From the NCBI GenBank assembly GCA_030141605.1, contig JAQGDQ010000144.1:310001-374000 (forward strand): 64,000 nucleotides of DNA. The letters are read 5' to 3'. Source of the DNA: Tubiluchus corallicola. Its lineage: Eukaryota; Animalia; Priapulida. Below, piece by piece: positions 51,270 through 64,000 of the stretch (the stretch's first letter is position 1; each line of letters starts with the position of its first letter). The translations under genes and the position numbers were made by a program. The notes beneath the pieces were generated by a model, which did not search any database, was not told where the DNA came from, and was given only the letters and a program-made list of their open reading frames with translations.

Positions 51270-51495
51270 ACCGTGCGTCCGCCTCGCCCACCCAATACAA
51301 TGCTCACTGATGAGCAACCGTCTATGACTGGATTATCTATTGCCTGGATTATCGCGGTACAGGTGCAAAACAGAGCGTCGTAACTTGCTGGTTTGCATAA
51401 GTTCGACTCGTGAGAGCTGCTTCGGGTGGTTTTGAGAGTGAAAACTCGGTCAGAGCGTTCCAGCTATCAAGACTTGATTATCAGCCAAGAGAGCG
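51270..51495 (+). promoter_or_regulatory. Candidate promoter and non-coding first exon
   Basis: CpG-enriched patch with ccgcc/cgccc boxes and CCAAT (51292-51296), ending at a consensus donor gcg|gtaagt. Confidence 0.45.
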
Positions 51496-51951
51496 GTAAG
51501 TATTGTTATCTTAAATAACTTACTTCTAAGTTAACTTTATTCAGGACATCGATAAATTTGTTGATTAAATCTTTCAGTTAAAGTGTTTAAATTTTTTTGT
51601 TATTCATTACCTGTTCATAAAATATGTGCATTTTTAAATCTTTCTCAATAGTTGTCATTCTATGTATTCTAAATGAACAGGTAGTACAACGTTTCAATAG
51701 AGCCTTAAAAAAGACAAGAAAGTAATTAGTAACAAATTTTATTAGTGTATTTACATTTGCAAGTTTAGGAACGCGTTTTTACCTGCTTTTCTTCAGCAGA
51801 AAATGATTAATGACACAAAACAGCAAATTTTAAAACCATGCAGGGTAAAGAACACAATTTCATTCACTTAATTTTGGGACAGTTGGGGGAAATGAAACTT
51901 TGCTCTTTCCATTTCATGATTTTAAAGTATGCTGTTTGTGCTTTTAATTAG

Positions 51952-52018
51952 GCCTATTCTCTGCGGTGTCAACTGAAGAAAAGCCGATGAAAAACGCTTC
52001 TAGAATGTAAATACACAA
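51952..52018 (+). other. Candidate non-coding (5' UTR-type) exon
   Basis: cttttaattag| acceptor and caa|gtaagt donor; stop codons in all three frames. Confidence 0.35.
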
Positions 52019-55000
52019 GTAAGTATTTTACGATGATAAACTATTTTAAAACATGCATTGTGGTTAACAAGCTGTGATAATTTACCTTATAAATGAGTCA
52101 TGGTATAATTTACCTGTTTAGTGTTGACTAATTAGTACTCGCGGAAAAGTGTAGTTGTCATCTAGGAATCAGTTATTTCGATTGTGAGTTAATTAATCTA
52201 ACAACAAGTTAGAGCTCAATAAATCATTCAGTCTTTACTTTTGTTCGCAATAAGTTCAGAACAACACTGAATTGCGGCATATGTTTCATGTTTTCATTAA
52301 CTATTTTCAAAAACGTCTATTAAATTGTCTATTAAAAAATTAAATGGTCATAATTTTAGAACTTATTATCACAGGCATGCATTGGCCAATAATGAAATTC
52401 AAGCAACAGAAGGGCTACACACATTTTTTCAACTTTAATTACCACGAGTTTTCATTTTTTATTTTAATTTTTCTCTTTAATGCGAGCTGCGCGCAGTTGA
52501 AGACTTAATCGAAATTAATTGATAAAGGATAGAATAATAATTAGCTTATTAAATGTTAGTTCCTCTACAACTAAAAATCGTAAACATACAAACTGGTATA
52601 GTAAATAATAAGGTGTGTCTACATAGAGTTAACCTAATAAACATTGCTAAGTTTCGTAGGTAATTTTTTAGTGGAAACGTTTTTAGAATACTGCTATGGT
52701 TGGTGGTTTCGTTAATGGATACTTTATTTTACTACTAACATACAATAAAAGAAGTTGTGGTAAATTTGATTAAATGCAATAGCTATAATGCAAAGAGAAC
52801 GCATAAACTTCTTTTTACACAATTCGCAATTCTGGTTATTTGTATTCGGCTCACATATTAGACCCATCGTTTTAAATTGTAGTCTTATTGTCACAGAAAT
52901 CATAATTGTGGCACAAAAAATAATTTGAGTGTCTTGTAACACATGTATATGTGGTCGCACTTTATAGATTTGACCTAATTGCTTCTAAATTAAATAACAA
53001 AGCACAAAGGCTCTTTTGTGATATTCTTAAGATTTCAGGTTAGTGTTAAAATTATTGAAAGATTTCTTGCTGGAACTTCTCCATACGCTGCTTCAGTAGA
53101 TTCGCCGTATTTTCAGGTGTACATCTATTTGGCTTTCGTCCAGTTTAAAGAACTCCACTTAGCTTGTTTCGTAATTGCGTTGTTACAAACAGTTGAAGGA
53201 TTCTTGTACCTCATTGTGAATCGTCACTCGTAACAATAGTTTTTAATGACTTCACTACGCCTACAAATAATACAATGGAGAACCTGTTTGAAGCTCTTTC
53301 AAAGTGTTACAGATTTGACGATATGAAAATGTTTCTGTCGGGTGTGTCTTCATGCCTTAGCCAAAAGGCCTAGCAATTTATTTGACGTAACTATATAGCA
53401 TTGATAACTCAATAGTAATTTCAGTAGTTGCAAATAAAAGTGCTAAACTATAGTGGCTCCCTCTACTACCTATCTAAACCATCGTATAGCCACATTAGCC
53501 AATTACTTTGTACAGCATGTATGTTTGACAAGCCTATATAATTGCCATCAGCAGAATTTAACCGTTAAAAAAGAGAGTAAGGACATATTATAACTTCTAA
53601 AATGACCTGATTGAAGTTCATCATTTTTAATTGTCAGTAGCAGCAGAGGAAGGTAAAAATATTTAGCACAAAATCCGGAATTTACTATTAGAATTTCTAA
53701 TAATGTTCGACGAAAACTTGTTTTGTGAACCACTCCGCGAAAGGCTTTTTCAGGCTTTTGTTTCCGGTTTTCTGTGACATCTGATTTGTTTATTTTTTGT
53801 TTTGTTTCATATTCACTTTGCTTTCTGCGTCCGAAGGAGTTAGACCAGTTACGCTAAGCATCTACACTACGTGAAATGTTCGCGCATCATTAATTATAAC
53901 AATGACTTTTGTTTAATCCATAATTATGTGCCAAATTCTTTGGCGGGGCCTTAACTTAATGTACTATATAATGTTTAACTCTTCCGGCGTGGCTGCTAAT
54001 TCAGGTTAATTATCTACCTGGGTAATGCACAATAATTTAGAACAGGTAAACATCATTAATTGTTAACCAGGAAGCTATCCAACTGATCATCAAAACCTAG
54101 TTTAATGTTTTGGTGACCTGCTTGCCACGACTGCTTGCGTTACCTAATGATGTTAATGAATGGGTGGGAAAACCGCAGATAGACAAACAAACACATTCTG
54201 ATTTTAATTGAATTTGCTTATAGGTAAGCTTATGTCACTTCTCGAGAATAGAAACAATGGCATGTTGAACTACAATCGGTCTCAAAGTTGTTTACTGAAT
54301 AACATAATAACGTACTTTATACACAGTTATACATCTAATTTGTACACTTAAATAGAATATTTTTATCGTAAATTTTATGTTGCTATATTATTAAATTTAC
54401 TAAATAGTTTGACCAATTAATGCGTGAAACGAATATTGCATGCACCTACGATTCAAGAAAAGAATCTGTCATAGTAAGAAGCTGCGTACATGCGCTATCA
54501 ATGCATACATGCACGATCAATTGGCAAGTCAGTGAAAGCCAGGACAACAAATATATTGAAAGGGTGTAACTATGTTTTCTTACATAACCAGCTTATATAA
54601 CTTTATATAGAATTGTAGCTACCAATAACCAGCTACTGCACTATTAATTAGCACAACAATACTGACTTACCAATTAATCAATGCGTTCATATTATATTAC
54701 TCGAATATATTGGAGCTTATGAGCCTACTTATAATTGTGCGTTCATATCATTAATATAGATATTAAAAGCAGTGGTCCTAAGGTAGATCTTTGTGGTACC
54801 TACAGTTTATATTTTTACAGATATTGCAGATATACATGTGTATTTACATGTCGTATGTCGTTTAAATTGATTGGTACTGTTTCGTATTTTTTCAAGTTGA
54901 GGTGTTGTAAAAATTTAGCGTGTACAATAAATCAAAACCAACGCTGGAAGCTGCGTCGTTGTTACTACCAGTCATTACCATGACTTTGTGCTAAAATGAA

Positions 55001-58000
55001 ATACAATTGCTAATATCATTTGGCCAGACTTTATTCAGCCTACTTGCTTTTTCGCATGTGTCAAAGTAATGTTCCACTTTTATGTTCAATAGCAACACTA
55101 TCAAGGTTGATAGTTAAATTGGATGTTTAAAGCTGACGTAATTGATCTTATCACTTAATGATTTTCCATGCTGCGGCGCAGGTGTCCGTCTTTATTCTCT
55201 GCACCAAAGTTTATCAGGTTAAGGGCACGGTAGCCGTTCTATGAATCTCATGAATAATCTATAAATTAATCGGAAATTTGTCGACGCTTTGACGTATCAG
55301 ATAATTTAATAGTTATAAAAAGTCTTTGTTTAGTATTTTCTTGAAAAGTTACCATTTATGCACTGCAGTGCAACGTAGTCCTGATTTGCACCTTCAGTTT
55401 TTTTAATTAATTATCGCTGCGACCTGCAAGAGAACGCGTTGTAAGTTGTTATGTAGATAATGAAATGTATTGTATAGTTGGACCTAAAGTAAGTTGACTA
55501 AGTTGATGTCTCAATCATTGATTATCCTGACGAGTCATAATATTAAGTGATTAACAGAAATGTTGTTCAGTTAAACTTTTCTGTTCATAAAAACAAAAAT
55601 AGTTTTTTACATTTAATAAATAAGTTCAAAAATTTGTTCGGAAGCGGGAACATGTCAACAATGACTCAATATCAAAACTCACGCAACTATTATGCAACGC
55701 ACGCTCAAGTAATATTGCAGAACACTGACCTTATACAAAGCTTTGTCTGCACGAGAAAGATGATTATATTTTGCGCTGTTTAATATTTGTTTGGATAAAT
55801 TATTATTGTGATACTGTTGTCTGCATCTTCGTTTGAAATAATGTAGTTTTATTTCGCGTATTATAAACCAGTTTGTACAATTGTCGCACTAAACGAACCA
55901 CATCCATAATTATATAGTGCACAGAGAAGCGAGGTTTATAATTCCCTATACTTTTAAATGTATTTCTACCCGCAAATCTTTTCCTATTCAGCTGTTTTTA
56001 AAGATCTTACTATCTACAATTAAGAAAACACCAAGGACTTTTTCATTAATTTACATTATTCTTGCCTTAAGAATTAAATTTGTATTATAAAAATATTAGG
56101 AACTAATAAAACTTATTAGTTGAAGAACAACCTGAAAAACATTGAGAACAAAAATGGCAAGAACATCACGGCGAAACAACCACTTTATAGATTTACTTCG
56201 CAAACGAGTAAACCAAAATTCTGCCGTAAGAAGTTATTCAGCTCATCATCATTTCTTATTTTCCCTGCGTACAAACAAAGCTGCTAAGTTATTTACTTCT
56301 TTGCGTGATAGTAACAGCCTATTATAATTTCCCAAGTGTCGAATATTTAAATACAGTTTCCGGTGCAAGATTGGATTACAACGAATTTATGTACAGCTGA
56401 TCCATGTGGTATCTCTTTTAGTTCGTTTCATCAAATTGTTTCGTACTGTTCTGGACTCCCCTTTTCTGGTGCAAAGCGTGAGGTCGTGAACTCAGAAAAC
56501 TTGATTTACCTGTTCAGTTTATTACTTTGTTAACAACTGACTTGTGCCAAACTTGGCTATTATACGGCCAATTGAGTTGGAAAACGGTAACCGTTTTCAG
56601 TATCTTAGCGAAAAATGATACTTGATCAGATATCGCCTAAAAGGAGACTAAGCTCACTTTTTCTAGGAACTGCGTTTTAAACTATTTTTAAGCAATACAC
56701 TATTTAAATTCTACATTCTGCAATTGCAATATAGGCATAGACACCGGTAGATGTCTGAATTTCAAATGAATTAAATTCAACAGATGAAAATCGGAACTTC
56801 AGAAAAACCCAACTCTCGCATTCGCACTCTTTTTCGCTTTAAAGTCGTGCTTAGTTTAACCAACTAAAATAGTCCGTGTATCATGAATTCATCATTTTAA
56901 TCCTGAGTTTTAAGTGGCAAAAGCACTTTTATCGAATTTACAATAAGCACGGACTGGCTCATGTCGTACGACTAGAGTCGCAAGTATGCCAAACTCGTTA
57001 ATTTGAACCTTTGAAAATTGTAATTTTCTAGAGCATAGATGTTGGCACGTAGCAAAACATTTGATTCAACAACAGTTAATCAAACTAGAATTGAACATGC
57101 ATGAAATGGGCCTAATTGCTCGTTTGGCCAACCATTGATTTAAAAAAATATTTGAGCCACACAGAGTAATAAAAAGTAGTTTGGTTTTGCTACAGTTAGA
57201 TTTGTCACTAAGCACAATTCAGTGGCAAAATTTATACACCAAAATTCTTTAGCTTCAATAGCGTGACTTCACTGGGGGAGTACAAATTCCTGCCCAGAGC
57301 CTATAACAAATGCCTCCCTATTTACAGGATGCAACCGCTGTTTTTGAGAGCGAAGAATCCAATCCGAGCCTCAATAATGCAGTTTTAACTAAGATGTATA
57401 ACTATTATATTTAGCTTATCTGATTGAACATCTTAATTTGGTAGCTCTTAATGTAGAAATGAAGGACAAAAAATTTCACACAGCGTGGGAACCTGCACAA
57501 TGGAGGAATTTCTGGCTACTAGTGGTAACCAGGTGCTAATAAAACATTTTGTTAATGGCATAATTACTAGCTACACTTTCACCCTGAGAATTATTCTTTG
57601 CAAAATATGGGCCACCACCTATTTATGGATAAAAACTGAAAGCACACAGACGCCTACTGTTGTCTTTATGAATATAGGGTCTTGTGCACGAAATTATAGG
57701 TTGATGTGTCTGTCCTAAAATGAAATCATATCTCTGTGTAGACAATAACCATGTTCATCATAGCTAGTGGCACCATCTCAAGGCTGCACTGAGACATTGT
57801 ACTTATTACTCCGAAAAATAAAAATATCGTTCCAAATACTTTCTGCTTAAATTTTACGATATTTAAAACGCAGTGCTCGTCTGGAAATTTGTTTTGTTGA
57901 TAGACAATTACAAGGCTTGTACACAAAAGAACCGCATTGGCAAAGGCAATGAGAACTTATATTACTTCAGGCTAATTCCTCTCCATCAATTAAAGGGGAG

Positions 58001-61000
58001 TAATGTGAAGGAATACTTGCACATCCTTACCGTTAAGCAGTAAAATAAAGGAATCAGTATGTTAACAATATGTTAATAGTTGCCGTCGCCGTGATGTGGT
58101 AAATGTGCAGTCTTGGTACATGATACATTGTAACGCTTAATTTCCAATTCCACTATAAATTTGTCAAAATTAAATCCATAATGCTTAAAACATATAATAG
58201 TCTAAAAGCTTTATTGCGTACAATAGTAGTAAGTATCACTATCTATTCTTTGACACTTTATTACATACTACAGTAATAAGTATCATTAACCCAATTTTTT
58301 CCTGGGTACTTCTTACTAATTAATAGACGTTTCATTTGTAATTTTTGTGTCAACAAAAATGTGTGTTGTTTTGCTGAGCATCCCACCTTTTGCCGATCAT
58401 GTTTTTTGATCCGAGATTGATAAACGTATCGAAATATCACCGTGGTATGTATAAAGTGAGTAAAATAAAATTGTGAGCACCAGTTTACTTGTGAGCAAAC
58501 GCAAATCAAAAGAAAGATGAACCTCTGCACTTTTGCTGTAATTTCGCCTTCAGCAAAACCTGCCAAATTTTACAATCATAAAATTCACTTAATCAATACT
58601 CTTGCAACCCTATTTAATCCGTCACGTACCGTGAAAGACTTAAAGATGGTATTAAGGTCAATATCCGCTAATCAATTACATAAATCTCTACAAAGAATCA
58701 AAGATATAGGTCTTTGTGTTAACACTGTTATTATTATGATTTATGTCAGTTGTCATATTATCATTTTATTAAACGTGTGGAACTTTACTGCAAGTCTACT
58801 TGTATTTCGCACATACAGCATGCAGGCCTGCGTTGCTTGGGTCCTGCTGTCCTTTTGCATGCAGATAAACACTACATTCACCACGTATGTCCACATTTCC
58901 TCTTCTATAGCTTTTTCTAGAGGAAAAAATAATTAATTAAAGTAATAATAATTGAAATTGAACAAATAATATTATACTTGTTTGTTCACATTTGATGAAC
59001 ACTTCTTTAAATCTTCAGTTTTCAAATGATTGTGGAGAACTTATGCGACTTCTCCCCAAACTATTTGTGGTACGTTAGCTTTAGAAGTGTCTACTACGCG
59101 CCCGCAATACGCACATGAGTAAAATCTTAAGGTCAAACTGATGCTTTGTCGTACTTTGAGCACACCGTAGACCTTAAATAGAAACGGTATGTATATAATG
59201 AGCTCCAGGTTACTCTGTGGTGATACAATTTAAGGATTACGCTTTCGAACATCTATATCTGTTCAAATTTCGTGTCGTTCTTGACTTCTGTGTATCTTTT
59301 CTTTGTTACAAAAAGCATTACAGTATATCCCACGAATGAGTACAAGGACTCCTTTTTTCGCTTTTTGTCGTTATTATGGCGGAAAAAGGAAATTGGTCTG
59401 CGTTTGAGATCCATTAAGACAAAGTGGAAAATCAGTAAAAATTATATTCAAGGTGAAGCGTTACGTTAGTATTTTTACCATCAAGTTATTTTAAAGAATC
59501 GCATCTTGTAATACATGAGCGAGGATCATTGCGCCACTTAGCTACAACAGGTAAAACATCTCGTTTTCATTTCAACGCGTGTTCTTAATTCTCGTGTTCT
59601 CGGCAGCTAACATTATTTTTTTAAAACATTATTTTGTATTTTTTAATACGCACACGAGTTTAAGTTCATTTTTAACTAAAAGACTTTTTATTTTTTAATT
59701 TTCGTTTGCAAGAATTGGCTAGTATGATTTCCTTTCTTGTTACATTTGCTAATGCACCAATAGAATTCACTGTTTCAGTTATACATCATATCATATCCCG
59801 GCAGTCAGGTAGCCGTTTTTGGCGATTAAATATCAAATTAGCTTTATAAATTGTTTTATAAATTTACATTACTGATGTACGATAACCTGCGTAGCACTTG
59901 ATTAATGCAGCCGAAGCACACCGCAAAGAATGCTTAGCACTATTTTAGGCGAATAATGATTAGTACCAGAGTGAATATCAAAATCACATTATATATTTAT
60001 TGCGTACAAAAGTCGACCCATCACTAAATTTAAGTGCAATTACCAATGTAATTACGTTACATTAATTTTAGTCTGTTTACAGCACAAGGACAAAATCTTT
60101 TATAGTAAATGTCACTGCCTGAAGCAATCTGCGCTGGTTATACAAAATCAACTGAACTAACAAAGTACAATTACATCATGCCTTGCGTCAACCACGCAAG
60201 GTCTTTCCACATTGTATACAGATACGTAATACTTTCAATGTACTTTTGAAGTGATGGTAACTGTAGCCTTTCGTGCATTTTTTAAAATAAAAACTTGAAA
60301 TTGTTGCAGGGATTAAAATTAAGAGGCCTCAAAACGGGCTTCTGGTTACTTAGTTAGTTAGTTTATTGACTGTAATTCTATATAATTCGAGACAAAAACA
60401 CTATAATATTGGGTAACCAGAAAAAACTATTGTCCAAAAGTATATTACCAAAATGAGACATCGAGAACAACAAAGATAAAAAATGCAATGTGCTATATAG
60501 TTAAGTACACTAATACTATGCCTATATATTACTGTGTTAAAAATACAATACTATAGATAACAAGTCTGTGAATAATCTCTAATTATGTACTGGTAGAACC
60601 TTTATGAAACTTAATTTTTGCTTGACAAAAGATCATCATCATTATCATCATCACCGTCATCGTCATTGTCACCTATACAGCACACGCGCAGTTGCACCCA
60701 AGAGAAATGTTGTCATTTTTTATATTTTATAATAACTAAATTGCAAAACTGCCCCATTACCAACACTACGGCGAAATAAACGAATTAATGTTTGCAACTG
60801 AATTTTCTCTTTGTACGAAAATTGCTACGTGAGATTTCCAGGTTACCACAGGAAGCAGTTCTTTGCCCTTTTACTCAACGTGTGAGTACAAATGTGAACA
60901 TGGCCTAAGTGTGATTTCCTGAAATGATGTCCCCATGCCACTATTCACATATCCTTATTACTCCAACAACAAAGCAATCAGTCTTTGCGAAAAGTAAATT

Positions 61001-61920
61001 TACGATTTTCTTTAACAAGAAAACGAATTTTTGTACCAAGGTACCAAACTTGCAACCGGTTGTAACTGCAAAAGTTTGTTTGAGCAGCTATTATAAGTCT
61101 GGCTGAAATAATTTCCGAAGTAGAATAAACCAGGAAGTCAAAACGTCATCCACCCACCAGTCTTTTACACCTTTCGTGTTAGTCATTCGCCACAAAGAAG
61201 TTGCTATGATATTTGTGTTATCACTCGTGCTAACGCCCTAATTTAATGAATTTGAGAATGTGGTTAAAAAGCGAACTTTTGTAACCGAAGAAATAATGTT
61301 ATTCCGTGTTGCATAGAAATTAAACCTCTTTTCTTACTTCAAATATGTGTGTGTGTGTTTGCACATAATTTCTTTTCTTTTGAAGTCCATGATTTCCCGT
61401 TGCTTAGTTTGTCTAAGTCGAACAAAATCGGCATTGAAGCAAGCATTGAATTCATAGAGGCAGGTTAAAAAAGACTTGAGATTTTCTTCACAATGATAAC
61501 TAGATTTCCGTTTTGTAAATAGCAGCAGCCTTTCTGAGATATTTTAGCGGCAATCTACTGAAAGCTGCATGGATGAGGCTATTGACCTGAGTTCAGATAC
61601 ATGAGTATTTTTACATGATTATGGCGCTTATAAATATTATTCATTGCAACTAAGTTTACAAGCGTGCATACCTAGGAAGGCGTCTGTATAGTAAAGAAAA
61701 TATATTTCCATTACTATTAGGGTAATAATAGCCTGTGTAAGTGTAGTAACTTTTTCGTTATTGTGATAGTTTGTATTTCATTACCAAATGTTTACTATAG
61801 TGTGGAACTGCCAAAAACATCTTACCTATGGAATTCAGGGTGCATACGAAAAAACTTTTAGATGAGTAAACTGTTCAAGATTTCAGTCAGTAATAATGTC
61901 TGTGATTGCCAGAATTTTTA

Positions 61921-62082
61921 TAAACCATTGCGGTTTATTTTACCAGTTATTACCCGTTACGGGTAATGAGTTGGAGAAGGGAGACACTGATATCCTGATT
62001 AGCCCGCACTTTTTCAGTGTCTCCTTTCTCCAACTCATTACCCGTAATTGCTAATAATTGGTAAAATAAACCGCAATGGTTT
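61921..62082. repeat. Palindrome with ~69-bp arms and ~24-nt loop
   Basis: taaaccattgcggtttattttacca...ggagaagggagacactga pairs with tcagtgtctcctttctcc...tggtaaaataaaccgcaatggttta. Confidence 0.92.
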
Positions 62083-64000
62083 AATAGTCATAATTAATTA
62101 ATGATATTGTTAGTTGCCAGCTAATTTGGGAAAGTGTTCAAGATTTCTTTAGTAAAGAGTATCTATTGCACATTGGCAATCACGTTTTGCTACGACTTTA
62201 GTTTTTATGTTCAGTTTTTAAATTTCGTATCGTGAAAAATAGTTGTAAAATGTGCTTAATTATTGTGCTTAACATTGATGACTGCAATAGCTCCAGTTTA
62301 TAATGGCCTTCGACTAGCCATTCCATTCATTAATTTAGTAACAGCCAGGTAAATAACTATGTTCTGTTCGTTACAGTGCATGTTTATAAAAGCATAATTC
62401 AAGTTGCTAGATTTTGCAATGAATGTTGTCGCTTATGCTACTGAAGATGTTAGTTTGTCTGAGACGTGTCGTATGTGCTTGGGTTGATATTTAGGGGTCT
62501 GTATCAAAGACTTGGTATCAGTCTAGTTCGAATACATGTAGTAATATTTTGCTTTGTGAATACCAAATTAAGTTCGTGTGGCGCTGTAAATGAATATCGC
62601 TGCACGTCAGTGCTCGTGAAAAAATCAAAAAGCGTTGGCCTAATTAGGTCGTCGGTCGGCTTCCATTGCTTCATCTGATACAATGTTCATAACGCATAAC
62701 GCATGTATGTATATATATGCGTTATTAGTATAGTACAAGATGCTGTAATGGATATTACATGTCACAGTTAATTTTTATATATGAATAGGCCTACGTTATT
62801 ATTTGTCATTTTCATACTTATCCTTTGACGAAAAACGATAACTTAATCCATCAATTGGTGTTGCAAGTTTTTTTTAAATGCTGGTTACGTTTCAGTCATT
62901 TTGTTGTAAACTTCGTTCCGATAATTACACTACCTATATACTATTTATATGTCGCAGAACGAGAGAAAGTAGTTATTCAGTTCAATTCAGTTTGGGCTTA
63001 TTAGCCTACACATCATGCTCTGGTAATACAAATGTGATTACTGTTTTAAAACGCACTCAGACAAATTAGTGTGTACTTTTCCTTGAAAAAAATGTACTGT
63101 GATGAGCGTCTCCATAAATTACGCTGAGATAGTTAACGATATTCCGAGGGACAAGACATTAAAATTTATTGTTTGCTCGAATTCTATTCTATGTTTGCGC
63201 TTGTGACTAATGGACTGAATATATGAGTGTGAACTTCCAAGTGTTTGAAATATGTATTTAGCTGTCTGTACCAACACGTAGGTATTCAAACTTACTGCTT
63301 TTTTCTTGCATTATAATTCCTATTGTTACGTAGTTTCACGCCAGACTAATTTCCATAATAAAGATCAGCTGGTATTACAGTTTTATCTGTTCAAGGCTAC
63401 CTTAAAACAAACCTGCCTTCCAAACATTCTTTCAAAACCCGAGGAAATTCGCAACGTAAAGCGGATTAGATCTATTTACTTAGCAGTGTGGATGTCAACC
63501 CGACACAATAAGCTAAACACTTTACTAGGCTAAAACCCTCTGTAATGATTTTAATCGTTGAAATCCCATTGTTTGCTGCTCAGTACAGCTCTATCAACTC
63601 ATCAATGGCTTACCCTTAAAGAAACTAACGCTGGCTAAGGTTGTTCTGTTACCCCTTTTATGGGTGTTATGTCGAGCGTAAACGAGGTATTAACAGATTA
63701 ATATAATAAGTAATATTATATTAGCCTGTTAATACATTAGTATATATTAATAATATACTAGAACAATTTTTCGATATTTTTAAGTACCGTTGCGAGAAAA
63801 ATTATTCTAGTTGGTAGAAATTCAATTCGTTCGAAGCTGCGACCGAGCAATGAAGCAAAAACGGCAACGAAGAAAAAGTGTTACATATTATTTTCGTTTT
63901 GCTCTGTTTTATTTTTAAACATGGTTTTTTGCTTTGTGCACTTAGGCGAAATGCAACAAGTCTAAATTATAGTACTAAAGTCCAATTTACTAAAAAATCA

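Noticed and set aside
58261-58936. 101-aa and 139-aa ORFs
   Set aside because: No recognisable domain, AT-rich intron-like composition, no convincing splice-site pairing
63687-63735. Short AT-rich hairpin as a miRNA or terminator
   Set aside because: Too short and AT-rich; such dyads are common in this window

Overview
AT-rich, intron-rich animal (invertebrate-like) genomic DNA; no prokaryotic features and no CRISPR. Two protein-coding genes lie head-to-tail on the + strand. (1) 262-6390: the last eight exons of an intracellular I-set immunoglobulin-repeat muscle-type protein (MLCK/titin/twitchin-like, three C-terminal Ig domains); every GT-AG junction is phase-consistent. (2) From 7869: a whirlin (WHRN/DFNB31) orthologue with HHD1-PDZ1-PDZ2-HHD2 and a long disordered region, in 11 phase-consistent exons up to 48577. 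No PDZ3 exon is visible, so the gene either continues past the window or ends in an alternative exon. The introns hold LINE and SINE remnants, MITEs, several long palindromes, microsatellites, a 41-bp minisatellite and an ~87-copy 28-bp satellite. The best leads are: signs of internal promoters and isoform control in whirlin (NRF1 site, RFX X-boxes, a 27-nt microexon, non-coding exons at 51.3-52.0 kb); a possible decayed or antisense nested transcription unit and a decayed PETT mucin exon in intron 1; and an intronic copy of exon 10. None of these is proven from the sequence alone. Comparisons to vertebrate proteins are from memory, not from a search.
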